64,000 nt of DNA from an uncultured Bacteroidales bacterium. Lineage in GTDB: Bacteria; Bacteroidota; Bacteroidia; Bacteroidales; CAYTAU01. Position 1 is the stretch's first letter. Every line of letters begins with the position of its first letter. The DNA is taken from positions 59,565 to 123,564 of the forward strand of contig CAYTWH010000002.1 of the NCBI GenBank assembly GCA_964442075.1, read 5' to 3'. Both the position numbers and the translations under genes were made by a program. Below the pieces are notes generated by a model that ran no database searches, was not told where the DNA came from, and saw nothing but the letters and a program-made list of their open reading frames with translations. Below, piece by piece: positions 63,814 through 64,000 of the stretch.

Positions 63814-63853
63814 CACAAAGTTAAACAAAAAAATAAAAATAAAAAATCTGTGA
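63791..63853. repeat. Copy 1 of a ~62-nt direct repeat (overlaps the 3' end of the upstream CDS)
   Basis: CCACAACAGATAGCATAGATTAACACAAAGTTAAACAAAAAAATAAAAATAAAAAATCTGTGAA, repeated with a few changes 146 nt downstream. Confidence 0.8.
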
Positions 63854-63936
63854 ATTGCGAAGCACTCACGAACACCTAATAAATAAACATTTAGTGAGTA
63901 AAATCCGTGTAATCGGTGGTAAAAAAAGAAAACACA

Positions 63937-63997
63937 CCACAGATAGCACAGATTAACACAAAGTAAAACAAAGAAATAAAAATAAATAATCTGTGAA
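63937..63997. repeat. Copy 2 of the ~62-nt direct repeat (may continue past the window)
   Basis: CCACAGATAGCACAGATTAACACAAAGTAAAACAAAGAAATAAAAATAAATAATCTGTGAA. Confidence 0.8.
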
Positions 63998-64000
63998 AAT

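Overview
AT-rich window (roughly one-third GC by eye, not computed) that looks like a Bacteroidota chromosome. Support: T9SS C-terminal sorting domains, CarboxypepD_reg-type TonB-dependent receptors, TAnnTTTG-type -7 boxes, and DUF3857/DUF4139/DUF1573/GWxTD-type families. Left third (minus strand): a complete NAD-coupled bidirectional [NiFe]-hydrogenase supercluster, hoxFUYH-hoxW-hypFCDEAB, followed by nikR and a TonB-dependent receptor that runs off the left edge. Middle: envelope and housekeeping genes and several T9SS cargo genes, including a 1914-aa protein built from five ~860-nt tandem modules with MAM-like domains. Also here are a transglutaminase/pseudo-transglutaminase pair, an MTHFR-like protein fused to a MetV-type Cys-rich domain, a TerB/LETM1-like membrane protein, and a locus of His/Cys-rich protein, TonB receptor and secreted HMA protein. 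Right third: mgtE, tRNA-Asp, an aminotransferase, then an archaeal-type GatE/GatD pair. This is followed directly by a ~480-bp array of phased, degenerate 21-nt units and a small repeat-flanked cassette carrying a frameshifted RES-domain gene. Several families of GC-rich palindromic or repeated intergenic elements are scattered through the window, and one sits inside a coding region. The best candidates for something new are GatDE in a bacterial context, the 21-nt phased array, and the adjacent cassette. I saw no CRISPR array, rRNA, transposase, integrase or reverse transcriptase. All family assignments rest on motif recognition by eye, with no searches run.
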